DNA from: Candidatus Saccharimonadota bacterium | GTDB lineage: Bacteria > Patescibacteriota > Gracilibacteria > UBA1369 > 2-02-FULL-48-14 | DNA length: 32,000 nucleotides | Assembly: GCA_041661045.1 (NCBI GenBank) | Contig: JBAZVE010000001.1 | Location: 840,001-872,000 of the forward strand | Reading direction: 5' to 3' | In this document: one piece after another, positions 1-8,678 of the stretch | How positions within the stretch are numbered: position 1 is the first letter of the stretch | Layout: each line of letters begins with the position of its first letter | The notes under the pieces: model-generated | What the model saw: only the letters and a program-made list of their open reading frames with translations | The model's database searches: none | What the model was told of the DNA's origin: nothing | Made by a program: the position numbers and the translations under genes

Positions 1-263
1 CTAATTATGATACCCAGCATAAGGCGGGGGCTTTTTTGCGACGAGTTCATTTTGGTGAGGCAACTCCGGAAGAAATTGCTGAGCATTTGCCTCTAATGGT
101 TCGGATGGGGTTTGTGGTTGAGAATGATTCCGGTGTTCGCTTGCGCTCACCGTTGATTCGATCCTTGTTCGACAGTAATGGCCAATCGGCTTATGTACAT
201 CCATTGTCCTCTGACTCAGAGGCCTCTGGGGGGGGAGATACGGTGGTCTATGTCCATGTCTAG
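1..263 (+). CDS. 3' end of a CDS entering from upstream of the window (hypothetical protein)
   Basis: The frame of ORF 36..263 stays open back to base 3 (NYDTQHKAGAFLRRVHFGEATPEEIAEHLPLMVRMGF...), so it is probably a C-terminal fragment. The competing antisense ORF 1..204 looks like a shadow ORF. No recognisable motif. Confidence 0.35.
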   Translation, partial: NYDTQHKAGAFLRRVHFGEATPEEIAEHLPLMVRMGFVVENDSGVRLRSPLIRSLFDSNGQSAYVHPLSSDSEASGGGDTVVYVHV

Positions 264-297
264 TACTTTGCTTTCTTCATGAACTCAAAGACTTGTC

Positions 298-936
298 TTA
301 GTTGAAGAATTCTAAGATCTCACTGACATTGTCGATCACTTTATCTGCTTGAGAGAAATCGGTTCCTTTGGAGTATGCTGTTGGACAAATAAAGCAGGGG
401 AGGCCGGCTCTCTTTGCAGCAGTTAGCCCTCGTCCAGTATCTTCAATCACTAGGCATTCGCTTTTTTTAAAGCCACTTATTCTCCATGCTTTAAGATAGG
501 GTTCTGGATGGGGTTTGATTTGCTCCACTTCATCACCGCAAATAGTGAAGTCAAAATATTTCCCTAAGCCTGTTGCTTTCATGATTTGGTTGAAATGCAT
601 CCGTGGGCTCGTTGTAACGATTCCCATTGGCACTCTCCCGTACAATTCCTCTAGGGTAGGAATGACCCCTTCCATAACTTCGACATTTTTCTTCAATTCC
701 TTAAAGTAAAGTTCATCCCTTCTTTCTCTTAACTTTTGAATAGTCTCTTCGTCTATGCCCGCAGCCTCTGCAAGTTCAAAGCTGCTTCTGCCTTTCTTCA
801 AGCATTCATTTGCATTCCACTCTTCGGTTAATTCTATACCAACACTCGCGAGTACTTTCTGTGTTGCTAGAAAAAATGGAACTTCAGTGTTCACAAGGGT
901 TCCATCATTGTCCCAGAAGATTGTTTTGAATTTCAT
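298..936 (-). CDS. HAD-superfamily hydrolase (subfamily IA, phosphatase/beta-phosphoglucomutase-like)
   Basis: 212 aa. HAD motif I DxDGTL (FWDNDGTLVNTE), motif II (GIVTTS), and a C-terminal acidic motif (LVIEDTGRG). Confidence 0.85.
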   Translation of the reverse strand: MKFKTIFWDNDGTLVNTEVPFFLATQKVLASVGIELTEEWNANECLKKGRSSFELAEAAGIDEETIQKLRERRDELYFKELKKNVEVMEGVIPTLEELYGRVPMGIVTTSPRMHFNQIMKATGLGKYFDFTICGDEVEQIKPHPEPYLKAWRISGFKKSECLVIEDTGRGLTAAKRAGLPCFICPTAYSKGTDFSQADKVIDNVSEILEFFN

Positions 937-957
937 GGTGTGAGTATAGCAAAATCA

Positions 958-1425
958 CTAAAAGCGATCTTTAAACTTTTTTAAGAACCACTCGTCCAAG
1001 TAGGGAAGGTATTCCCTTTGTTTTTCTGACGGAAGTTTGAAGAAATCGATATGACAAAGTTTGCTGCAGCTTGAAGCTCCGCAGTGGCATTCCCAAGTGA
1101 ATTCTCCATATCCTCCGATACGATAATCAAAGAACAGTTCATCACCCGCCTGGATATCTTTCATTGCGAGGACCTTTCGTTTTCCATCAATAGTTTTTAA
1201 GTAAACATTCGGTTCACAAGAATGATTGATGTATCGTTCTGGTTCCATCCATAGGATGTCGTTCCCGTCGAAAGAATCGATATAATTATGCTCAGCTTCA
1301 GGAACTGCTGTGGGGTCTCCAATAATGTGAGAATCATCGATTTCGAGAATCATCTTTCCCTCCGGGATTTTTTCAGTAGCAAATACTCCTTTGCCATGGA
1401 TATTTGAGCTTTTGGTTTCAATCAT
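958..1425 (-). CDS. SET-domain protein (putative protein lysine methyltransferase)
   Basis: 155 aa. SET signatures NHSCEPN and ELFFDY, followed by a Cys cluster CHCGASSCSKLC (post-SET-like). Confidence 0.85.
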   Translation of the reverse strand: MIETKSSNIHGKGVFATEKIPEGKMILEIDDSHIIGDPTAVPEAEHNYIDSFDGNDILWMEPERYINHSCEPNVYLKTIDGKRKVLAMKDIQAGDELFFDYRIGGYGEFTWECHCGASSCSKLCHIDFFKLPSEKQREYLPYLDEWFLKKFKDRF

Positions 1426-1613
1426 AAATATTTCATGAATAGTAGAAAGACCGGCTTCCCTTCAGTACTTTCTTCAATCCCTTTGATGCAATCCTTTTGA
1501 GCTTCCTGTTGCCACTCGCTTTCAGGATTCCAAGCCCACGGTACGGTGAGCTTTTTGAAGTCTTCGATTTTTCCTTGGCGGATTTGGATCATGGCGAAAG
1601 TATAGCGCATCAC
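1422..1613 (-). CDS. small hypothetical protein, translationally coupled to the SET gene
   Basis: 63-aa ORF whose TGA overlaps the SET ATG (ATGA at 1425..1422). The N-terminus MIQIRQGKIEDFKKL loosely recalls GNAT N-termini, but the ORF is far too short for a GNAT fold. It could be a truncated remnant. Confidence 0.3.
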   Translation of the reverse strand: MMRYTFAMIQIRQGKIEDFKKLTVPWAWNPESEWQQEAQKDCIKGIEESTEGKPVFLLFMKYL

Positions 1614-1621
1614 TCAATAAT

Positions 1622-1653
1622 TGGCTCCCCAAGTTGGAAGCCATTAGAACTGC
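1622..1653 (-). repeat. tRNA-Asn 3'-end-like repeat, copy 1
   Basis: TGGCTCCCCAAGTTGGAAGCCATTAGAACTGC. Read on the minus strand it ends ...CCAACTTGGGGAGCCA, versus the true tRNA-Asn end CCAACCGGGGGAGCCA. Confidence 0.7.
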
Positions 1654-1727
1654 TCTTGTGGCTTCTTGCCAAGACAATGGCTTTATGTTAATGTGGCTGT
1701 ACAATTCGTTTCCTTACCTATAACTAT

Positions 1728-2423
1728 ATGTTTGAGTTTCACCTCGGTAAGGGGCTCACTCTTTCTTCGGAAGAGCTTAAGGCTCCTTTATTGCTTCTCG
1801 GTCGGTCTGGTCAGGGCAAGTCCACTTTTTTGATGCAGTTTGTTTTAGAACTCATTAAAAATAAGCAATCTGGTTTGCTTTACGATCCTTATGGAGATTT
1901 GACTTTGAGTATTCAAAAGCATCTGCAGTCGGAAGAGGCGAAGTCTTTTGTCCAAGTATTAAATCAGGATGAAGATTTACCTGGCTTTGATGGGTCTAAG
2001 TTTTTACTTGTTTCGGGGAATTTAATGGAAGAGGGAACTCGCATTACTGCAAAGAAAGCTCAAGCCTTTCTTAAGGCGTATGTATCACTCAAGTCTGATG
2101 GCTGGCTCATTGTTGATGAGGCTTTTGATTTAATGGATGAAGAATTATTTGATTTCTATGTGAATAGGGAAGGTAAACAAAAGATTCTCCTCTCTGCAGA
2201 AGAACTTGTTGGACTTTCGAAAATAGAAAGAGAACGGCTCCTCCGGGTGGTTCAGTCTATCGTTGCATATAAGACAAGAAAACTATGTGCGAAATGGTTG
2301 AGTGAATATCAACCTGTTTTCAAGACCAAAGACATGGAGGCGATTAAACAGTACCATTTTCAATACTCGATGGGTGATCAATTTGGCTACGATAGTGTTC
2401 GATGGCCCCTTGAGGATATTTGA
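1728..2423 (+). CDS. small P-loop NTPase (HerA/FtsK/VirD4-like Walker A/B core)
   Basis: 231 aa. Walker A LLGRSGQGKST and Walker B-like WLIVDEAFD. Flanked by repeat copies 1 and 2. Confidence 0.6.
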   Translation: MFEFHLGKGLTLSSEELKAPLLLLGRSGQGKSTFLMQFVLELIKNKQSGLLYDPYGDLTLSIQKHLQSEEAKSFVQVLNQDEDLPGFDGSKFLLVSGNLMEEGTRITAKKAQAFLKAYVSLKSDGWLIVDEAFDLMDEELFDFYVNREGKQKILLSAEELVGLSKIERERLLRVVQSIVAYKTRKLCAKWLSEYQPVFKTKDMEAIKQYHFQYSMGDQFGYDSVRWPLEDI

Positions 2424-2437
2424 TCTGCAAAATTAAA

Positions 2438-2469
2438 TGGCTCCCCAAGTTGGAGGCAATTAGAGCTGC
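2438..2469 (-). repeat. tRNA-Asn 3'-end-like repeat, copy 2
   Basis: TGGCTCCCCAAGTTGGAGGCAATTAGAGCTGC, preceded by CTGCAAAATTAAA (this flank is shared with copy 5). Confidence 0.75.
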
Positions 2470-2487
2470 TTGTATCTCCCTATGTAT

Positions 2488-2805
2488 TTAAGGAGTTTCT
2501 TCAAACACAGTTTCGACCTGTCTACGAGTTTCGTCTATGTAAAATCTAACTTTATAAGGCCCTTCACTTCCCCAATCTACTCCATCAATATGGGCTATTG
2601 CTTGATCAGGGTGTCTTTCTGGATGAAATCGGTCACTGGTGACGACGAAACCATATGTGTCAGCTACCTCTTTAACTTCACTTCTTACCCGACTCCACTT
2701 TACTCGACTACATCCAGAGCGGGATCTGGCAATTCTTTGGAGAGGGGCTTCAATTGGTTCTATTTCAGGCTGTATCAATTGTGAAATTCTTGTTCCTCCT
2801 AACAT
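2488..2805 (-). CDS. hypothetical protein (105 aa)
   Basis: ATG-initiated ORF with ordinary amino-acid composition. The overlapping plus-strand ORFs look like antisense shadows. Its stop lies 19 nt from repeat copy 2. Confidence 0.45.
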   Translation of the reverse strand: MLGGTRISQLIQPEIEPIEAPLQRIARSRSGCSRVKWSRVRSEVKEVADTYGFVVTSDRFHPERHPDQAIAHIDGVDWGSEGPYKVRFYIDETRRQVETVFEETP

Positions 2806-2830
2806 GATTTTGGGGGTTAAATGTTTTGTA

Positions 2831-2868
2831 AAAAAAAACCGCTGGTATTTACCGCGGTTTACCTTTTT
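2831..2868 (-). terminator. bidirectional Rho-independent terminator-like hairpin
   Basis: AAACCGC(t)GGTA..TACCGCGGTTT stem (2836-2860). An A8 run sits on the left (a U-run on the minus strand) and ACCTTTTT on the right. Confidence 0.5.
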
Positions 2869-3065
2869 GATGTTTTAGAATGATTTATTCCACAAAAAGT
2901 CTCCGCGGGTTGACTAGAAGGAGCTCTAGGAGGTTTTTGTTGAAATATGTTTCTGCTCTGCGAGTCATGGTTTGACTATTATTTGTGTGGATTATGCTAG
3001 TTCTTTACTTTTGGTGCGTCAACTATTTGTACTCGTTAACCGTGCTTGTAACCTGAAAATGATGA

Positions 3066-3097
3066 TGGCTCCCCAAGCTGGAGGCAATTCGAACTAG
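3066..3097 (-). repeat. tRNA-Asn 3'-end-like repeat, copy 3
   Basis: TGGCTCCCCAAGCTGGAGGCAATTCGAACTAG. It contains a TTCGAAC T-loop-like segment. The stop codon of the 3094..3846 ORF lies inside it. Confidence 0.75.
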
Positions 3098-3846
3098 TTT
3101 GCTAATTGGTATGTCTGAATTTCCTCGGGGAAAAGTAGCCTGATACTATCTAGACTTAAGTGGGTTAGGCCTAGGCCGTTCCAGAGATATTGAGTGATTT
3201 CTTTGCTTGGGTACTCAACATTTATTTCATCTTTCCAATCGATGATCATGTGTGGGCATTGGTCACAGGTGGGGTCGTAGCCGATCGCTAAATCTTCTTT
3301 GATTTTGTGAGTGACCTCACCATTTTCTAGCTTCAATATGAATAGCTTGGTTTCAAGTGGATAATCTTCACTATAGTTAAATGTTGCGAAACCAATATAT
3401 TTTCCATCTGGACTGTATCCAAATGGAGTCACAAAACTATCTTCATAGAATGAAATCAAATCAGTTGTTTCTTTTGTTTCGACTTTGTAATGCTGCCAAA
3501 TATTGCTGTAATTTTCGCTGAATACAATCGATTGAAGATCGGGTGAAAAGAAATAATTTGTGCTGATTGGTAACTCTGCCAGTTGCTCATTCGTCAATCG
3601 TTTTCTTTGTGTGTCATCATAAAGTGGTCCGTTCCAATACTGGTCATCGTATATTATTGATTCAATGTGTTCTAAGCTGTATCTGCCATCAAATTCTGAT
3701 TTAACTTTGTTTATTTCTTCGATTTGGCTCACTTCTTCTGTTGACTCTTGATCATTTTCAACAGAGCCTGCTGGGATTGGTTCACATGCACTAAATAGTA
3801 GTGTGGTTAAAAGAAGAAGAGATATTTTTTTCATTTGTAGGATCAT
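3094..3846 (-). CDS. lipoprotein, unknown function
   Basis: The signal peptide ends in a lipobox: MKKISLLLLTTLLFSAC. The likely true start is the internal ATG at 3834. The mature part is rich in D/E/Y/W. Confidence 0.7.
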   Translation of the reverse strand: MILQMKKISLLLLTTLLFSACEPIPAGSVENDQESTEEVSQIEEINKVKSEFDGRYSLEHIESIIYDDQYWNGPLYDDTQRKRLTNEQLAELPISTNYFFSPDLQSIVFSENYSNIWQHYKVETKETTDLISFYEDSFVTPFGYSPDGKYIGFATFNYSEDYPLETKLFILKLENGEVTHKIKEDLAIGYDPTCDQCPHMIIDWKDEINVEYPSKEITQYLWNGLGLTHLSLDSIRLLFPEEIQTYQLAN

Positions 3847-3887
3847 TAAGTGTTTACTTGGGTTCAGTGTAGCAAAAGTTCGATCAT

Positions 3888-3922
3888 TCAGCTCCCCAAA
3901 TTGGGAGTAATTAGAACTTTGC
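3888..3922 (-). repeat. tRNA-Asn 3'-end-like repeat, copy 4 (diverged)
   Basis: TCAGCTCCCCAAATTGGGAGTAATTAGAACTTTGC. It lies 7 nt from the stop of ORF 3929..4420. Confidence 0.6.
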
Positions 3923-3928
3923 TACAGG

Positions 3929-4420
3929 TTAATTGAAGGGCAAAAACTCCTCTAATTTGTAGTAGTGTTCGTCTACTTTGACACTGCCTGGAATTTCTTC
4001 GTAAAGATGAACCGTTATTCCGGCACCTATACTACTGAGAGAGTAAATGTAGAAAACTGGTCTAGAGGTCTCTGCGTAGTTTTGTGGATCGTAGTGAAGT
4101 TCAAAATCGTCGCCAAGAGTCTTTTGGAGCTCTTTGAGGAGCTCATCGTCTTCAATGTAAAGCACATCGGCACCACTCTGAAGTACCCACTCGGGAGTTT
4201 CCCCCTCGATTATGATCGAATAAACAGGTGTTGTGGCATATTCTTTCATTAGAGGGTAACTTCCTGTTTCTTCATGATATTTTTTTAATGCTTCTACATA
4301 ATAGTTGAAATCTGCGATTCTCGTCAGGTCTGCGTCAGCTTGATAATTGTCCTCAAAGGACCCACAGCCACTTATGAGTAGTAAGGTAATAAGGAAGACG
4401 GAAAGAAGAGCTGTTTTCAT
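3929..4420 (-). CDS. lipoprotein, unknown function
   Basis: Signal peptide plus lipobox MKTALLSVFLITLLLISGC. 163 aa. Confidence 0.7.
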   Translation of the reverse strand: MKTALLSVFLITLLLISGCGSFEDNYQADADLTRIADFNYYVEALKKYHEETGSYPLMKEYATTPVYSIIIEGETPEWVLQSGADVLYIEDDELLKELQKTLGDDFELHYDPQNYAETSRPVFYIYSLSSIGAGITVHLYEEIPGSVKVDEHYYKLEEFLPFN

Positions 4421-4476
4421 TAAGGCGTTTTAAACAGGGTTATTTTAGAGGATTTGGTTTGAACTGCAAAACTAAA

Positions 4477-4508
4477 TGGCTCCCGACTTGAGGCGCTACT
4501 TCGAACAC
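4477..4508 (-). repeat. tRNA-Asn 3'-end-like repeat, copy 5 (most diverged)
   Basis: TGGCTCCCGACTTGAGGCGCTACTTCGAACAC, preceded by CTGCAAAACTAAA. It retains the TGGCTCCC and TTCGAAC elements. Confidence 0.5.
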
Positions 4509-4645
4509 TGATGGTTTACCCTGGAATAGTAGAGGAGCCCCTTATTCGTGCTCTTAGGCATAGCACCTGGAAGGAGGAAACTCACCTGATGCGGAAAGAG
4601 TTAGCCGATGTCTTATAAGTCTTCCCATGTTGGGAAGGAACATAC

Positions 4646-5389
4646 TTAGGAGAGTCGTCTTTCGAGGAACTTCTTTTGATCTTCTTGAAAAACTTCCTTG
4701 CTGGCTGTTCTCCAGTTGAAGGAACTAAAAAGTTTCAAAGCGTCTTCTAAAGCGAAGCGTGCATGGTCGCTTATGATGTCTGCTTTGGTGATGTCGTGAA
4801 TGAATGTAATTTTATCACTGGGAAAATCGCATGTATAAATTGACCTAAGATGTCGATCCCTACTCCAGAAAAAGAGGGTTCTGTCTTTGACTCCAATCAG
4901 CTCAATTTCTAAGTGGAGGGAGTCGCCTAAGTAGCCAGCTTGGGCAAGTCTGGAAGTGAACAGAAATATTTCATTAAGCCTGTACAGCGTTGAAAGAACG
5001 TCCAAAAACCTATAAGGCTCTGTGCCTTCTTCGACTCCGAAATGAAAGCGTTGTCTAATCGCTTCAGCATCTTCTTCCTCAATCAGCCAATCCTCTCTGG
5101 TTCCAAAGTAGTGCACAAACTGCCCACTTAGAAAATACCGCCAGTATTCATATTCGGATCCGCGTTCCGAGCTACATTTTGAATGTATGCTATCTTCGCT
5201 TGCCGCGGATGTGTCTCGATCCACATGAGGGTAATCCCATCCACGTAAGTCTACCTTGTTTTCATCAATTACTTTTTTAGCTACATCAAGTGAGCTTATC
5301 AGGTTAGATTCAAACTTATTTGGGCGAACTAGCACCTTCCAGTAGCCTTTGCTTTTAATTGTATTTAGCAACTCATTTGTATCGATCAT
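4646..5389 (-). CDS. hypothetical protein, partner of the AlbA_2-domain protein
   Basis: 247-aa ORF. Its ATG overlaps the stop of the upstream gene by 4 nt (5386..5389). No motif I recognise. Confidence 0.6.
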   Translation of the reverse strand: MIDTNELLNTIKSKGYWKVLVRPNKFESNLISSLDVAKKVIDENKVDLRGWDYPHVDRDTSAASEDSIHSKCSSERGSEYEYWRYFLSGQFVHYFGTREDWLIEEEDAEAIRQRFHFGVEEGTEPYRFLDVLSTLYRLNEIFLFTSRLAQAGYLGDSLHLEIELIGVKDRTLFFWSRDRHLRSIYTCDFPSDKITFIHDITKADIISDHARFALEDALKLFSSFNWRTASKEVFQEDQKKFLERRLS

Positions 5390-6036
5390 AGGTCTTCAAG
5401 TTGTTGATTAAAATGATCCGCATCCGCCACTGTTTGAGTGGCAGCATCAAGTAGTTTCCAGGGGATCTTCGACACAAGCTGATTTTGATGTCTATCGAGT
5501 AGGAGGTCAACAAAATCCCTCCATTCTCTATGCCCCGATATTTCCCTTGATTCTACTGGAGATTTAGAACGTATGTAAACAGCACCCTCCCGCAAGGCTA
5601 AGTTCCCTAGATGTGCACCACCTGCTGGATTTATTGATACGGTTTTTGTGCACACTATTGGTAATGCGTTTGCTTCTTGAACCTGAATTACAACGAAGAG
5701 TTTCTCCGTGCCATCTGCTTCAGTAACTTGTCCTTTTTCGAGAGTGAAATCTATTGAAGGCTGTGCATGATTGTTCATGTATCTGCCGATTGTGTCATAT
5801 TCATAAGAATTTACCTCTGTCTGTGATAAACCGACTGGATTGAAAGTTCCATCCTCAACGCCAATTATTATGACTCCTCCATCTCTACTGTTTGACATAG
5901 CCATCATCGCTTTCGCAATGAAGTTGTTCGTTTGTCCATTGCCCCAGGTTAGATTTGCCTTGAATTCTACATTAACTCGTTCTTGACCAAGGTAAATAAA
6001 CTGCTTTAGGTCGTCATTGAATTCGGACAGGGGCAT
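5386..6036 (-). CDS. AlbA_2 / Schlafen-type putative DNA-binding domain protein
   Basis: 216 aa. ERVNVEFKANL and NSRDGGVIIIGVEDG resemble the E..EFK and GG.I.IGV.D signatures of the AlbA_2 (PF04326-type) domain. Confidence 0.6.
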   Translation of the reverse strand: MPLSEFNDDLKQFIYLGQERVNVEFKANLTWGNGQTNNFIAKAMMAMSNSRDGGVIIIGVEDGTFNPVGLSQTEVNSYEYDTIGRYMNNHAQPSIDFTLEKGQVTEADGTEKLFVVIQVQEANALPIVCTKTVSINPAGGAHLGNLALREGAVYIRSKSPVESREISGHREWRDFVDLLLDRHQNQLVSKIPWKLLDAATQTVADADHFNQQLEDL

Positions 6037-6147
6037 TTTAGAATAAGTAACCTTGGCATTGTAGCCAAACTGTTCCAGGCTGACAAATACATGTTGTGAC
6101 GCTTAAGTAATCTAGAATTGCTGTAGTTTCCAAGGTGCCTGCAAGAC

Positions 6148-8298
6148 TTAGACTTTATTTAAGCAGCATTTTTTGTATTTTTTTCCACTATTACAAAAAC
6201 AAGCATCATTTCTCCCGATTTTTTTTAATTTCTTGTCTTGTACTGTCATAGGCTTACCTGTTTTAAGTGCAATTTTTTCTACTTTTTCCAAATTTTCGTC
6301 ATGCATCCATTTTTCTTTGCTAAAAACGAGACTATCCACCATCCGTTTACTTCCTTCGTAGCTTCCAATCCCAAGCCATAGATCAGCTTTTGTTTTGTAC
6401 TTTCTCGCCATTGCATGAGTTAAAATATGTTTATCTAAAGTGCCTATGCTATCTGGCATACAAATGAAACTCACGCCGCTCTTCCCCTCTTCAAAGATCA
6501 TTGTCACATCATGTATCTGAGGATCGATCCTTGTTTTTATCTTCACGGAATTTATAGCTTCAATTAGTCGATCCGCGCCATCTCCTGCAAGGTCGTATAA
6601 GTAAAAGAGGGCATCGGTAAAGCCAGCAATTTGTGAGTTTTTAACCTCTGCTATAAGTTTCTCAAAATCCTTGTTATACCAAGAATGGTGTAATCGTTCT
6701 GTTGCTTCGGTTATGGGTTGGTGTCCTTTTAAGGCAGGGAAGTTGGCATCTATGAGTTGAGCCAAACTTTCATCTGCAAATATCATATCTGCATCGGGGT
6801 CTCTGAATAGTTTTCTTTTAAGATGCCATCCCAATAGAGCAATTTCAGAAGTACCTCTGAAGTATTCTGAAAGATCTATCCTTTGTCTAAGATAGTAGAG
6901 AAACTCAAATGGATCTTGCAGGTAGAAGCATAATATATCTAGATCAAAAATACTTATGGCAACTGGATAAGGCAGTTCATCACTCTTCTGTAAATATACG
7001 TCTACTTGATGAGTGATGGCGGGATAGGTATCCGATGTTAAGCAAATAATATAAGCATCTTCGATCGGTTCTTTTAGACTTAATTCATTACCATCTTCAT
7101 CTATAAGTTTATTTGTCCCTGAGAGTAGTGTTTCTCTGCAAACTACACCTTGATCATATGCATCTTGAATGGCCTTTTGAAAATCTTTTTTTAATGTTTC
7201 TTTATCGCCCTTTTTTGAAAGCTCCGTCAGTCTCTTTGCTTTAGATTGTATGATTATTGATTTGTTCCCTGTAAGAACCAGGATATCAATATCTGAAATT
7301 GTTTCTTTCTTACTCTTTTTGACTTTTACATTTCTATAAATATTTTCTACTCCAAAAATCTTTTCTAACCGTTCTATAGCTATTTCCTCATTGGTTGAAC
7401 CCCTGTGTTCAAAGGACTTGTCCTTGTAAACCTTGTCTTCTGCCATCCAGTAAAAGGGGCTTTCGTATATTGATTGAGCTAAACTAAAACTTATTGGCAA
7501 GAAAAACTTGTCATCATCTAGCCTAATTATGGGATGTGACTCCATCACATTGTACTGTCCGATACTTAAAAATCCTTTGTTTTCAATCCCTGGTTTAATA
7601 GAAAAATTTTCTAGAAAGGCGGTCACCGTTTTCTCGTCAAAGTCTTTTAACAAGTCAGTTCGATTGAAAGTGAAAATATTTAGAATGAAATGACAATACT
7701 CCTCAAAGGAAGCTGGTTTTTTAAGCCCTAACTTTTTTTGTTCTGAAAGTTTTTTCAATTTTTGAGATATGAGAGCCATCTTTTTCATTTCAATGCCGCG
7801 ATTTTTTTTAAGCCATAGTTCATCGTATTTATACTTTTTCGGTGCGAATTCCCAATACTCAAAATCGTATGCACCTGAATTTCCATAGAAAATTGCTTCA
7901 GTCATTATCTCTCCAGATCCAAATTTTTCTTTCATCAGATCCTTTTTCTCTTTATCGGTCATCTGCCTAGTTTTTTCAATATCCTCTTTTAGAATCTCTG
8001 GGATATAGCTATTGAGTTCAGTGTGAAGATCACGGAAGGCCTCATATATTCTTTGTGCCTGTTTAGCTGTTTCTTCTTTGGTTATAAGATTTACTTTTAT
8101 AGGATGTTTGATAAATAATCCAAGGAGGAAGTTAAGCTCCTGAAAACTTAGCCGTTCCCTCCAGTCGATGTCTGCCGCTTCATTGGGATCAAAGAAAAGG
8201 TCGTTCTTTAACAAAATCGCTAGGGTATGAATAAACCCTGGCTCTTTAGTGATAGCCTCAAGTTTACCGATCAACTCTGTTTTCTTGTCCACGCCCAT
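6148..8298 (-). CDS. large SEC-C-motif protein with a PD-(D/E)xK/NERD-like core
   Basis: 716 aa. The C-terminal GRNDACFCNSGKKYKKCC matches the SecA-type SEC-C zinc motif. The central DIDILVLTGNKSIIIQSKAK resembles a D...(E/Q)xK nuclease motif. Confidence 0.75.
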   Translation of the reverse strand: MGVDKKTELIGKLEAITKEPGFIHTLAILLKNDLFFDPNEAADIDWRERLSFQELNFLLGLFIKHPIKVNLITKEETAKQAQRIYEAFRDLHTELNSYIPEILKEDIEKTRQMTDKEKKDLMKEKFGSGEIMTEAIFYGNSGAYDFEYWEFAPKKYKYDELWLKKNRGIEMKKMALISQKLKKLSEQKKLGLKKPASFEEYCHFILNIFTFNRTDLLKDFDEKTVTAFLENFSIKPGIENKGFLSIGQYNVMESHPIIRLDDDKFFLPISFSLAQSIYESPFYWMAEDKVYKDKSFEHRGSTNEEIAIERLEKIFGVENIYRNVKVKKSKKETISDIDILVLTGNKSIIIQSKAKRLTELSKKGDKETLKKDFQKAIQDAYDQGVVCRETLLSGTNKLIDEDGNELSLKEPIEDAYIICLTSDTYPAITHQVDVYLQKSDELPYPVAISIFDLDILCFYLQDPFEFLYYLRQRIDLSEYFRGTSEIALLGWHLKRKLFRDPDADMIFADESLAQLIDANFPALKGHQPITEATERLHHSWYNKDFEKLIAEVKNSQIAGFTDALFYLYDLAGDGADRLIEAINSVKIKTRIDPQIHDVTMIFEEGKSGVSFICMPDSIGTLDKHILTHAMARKYKTKADLWLGIGSYEGSKRMVDSLVFSKEKWMHDENLEKVEKIALKTGKPMTVQDKKLKKIGRNDACFCNSGKKYKKCCLNKV

Positions 8299-8379
8299 TT
8301 ATCGTTGATAACTTGCCCTAGTAAACCACGCATTACACTAAAAGTAGAGGAGATGAATGTTGATGCTGGAAGGCGTATT

Positions 8380-8643
8380 TTACTTATGAATTCCTATGCC
8401 TACTTGCTCTTTTGTCTCTATACCCAGCTTTTTATAAAGCTGTTCTGTACCTTTCCACCATACGATAGCTAGAAAACATACCAAAGCGGACAATAATCCT
8501 TCTTTGACCTCCAAACGTATAAATGATCCAATGCTCCCAGCAAGAGGTAGCCACCAAAATAACAAGCAAAATAGCCCAACTACTCCTATCAGTTTGATAA
8601 GCATTTCGTAGCACCATCCCTCAAATTTAGTTTGTTTCTCCAT
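8380..8643 (-). CDS. small membrane protein (two predicted TM helices)
   Basis: 87 aa with hydrophobic stretches LIGVVGLFCLLFWWLPLAG and LLSALVCFLAIVWW. Divergent from the XRE gene. Confidence 0.5.
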   Translation of the reverse strand: MEKQTKFEGWCYEMLIKLIGVVGLFCLLFWWLPLAGSIGSFIRLEVKEGLLSALVCFLAIVWWKGTEQLYKKLGIETKEQVGIGIHK

Positions 8644-8678
8644 AACGGTGAATTGCCCTTAGTAAACACCAACGATCG

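Noticed and set aside
4509-4618. Short open frame (MVYPGIVEEPLIRALRHSTWKEETHLMRKELADVL) resembling ..SPLIRSLF.. in the partial CDS at 1..263, hinting at a displaced gene 3' end
   Set aside because: The shared stretch is only about 6 of 8 residues over a very short segment, with no start context. That is too weak to support a pseudogene or target-duplication claim.
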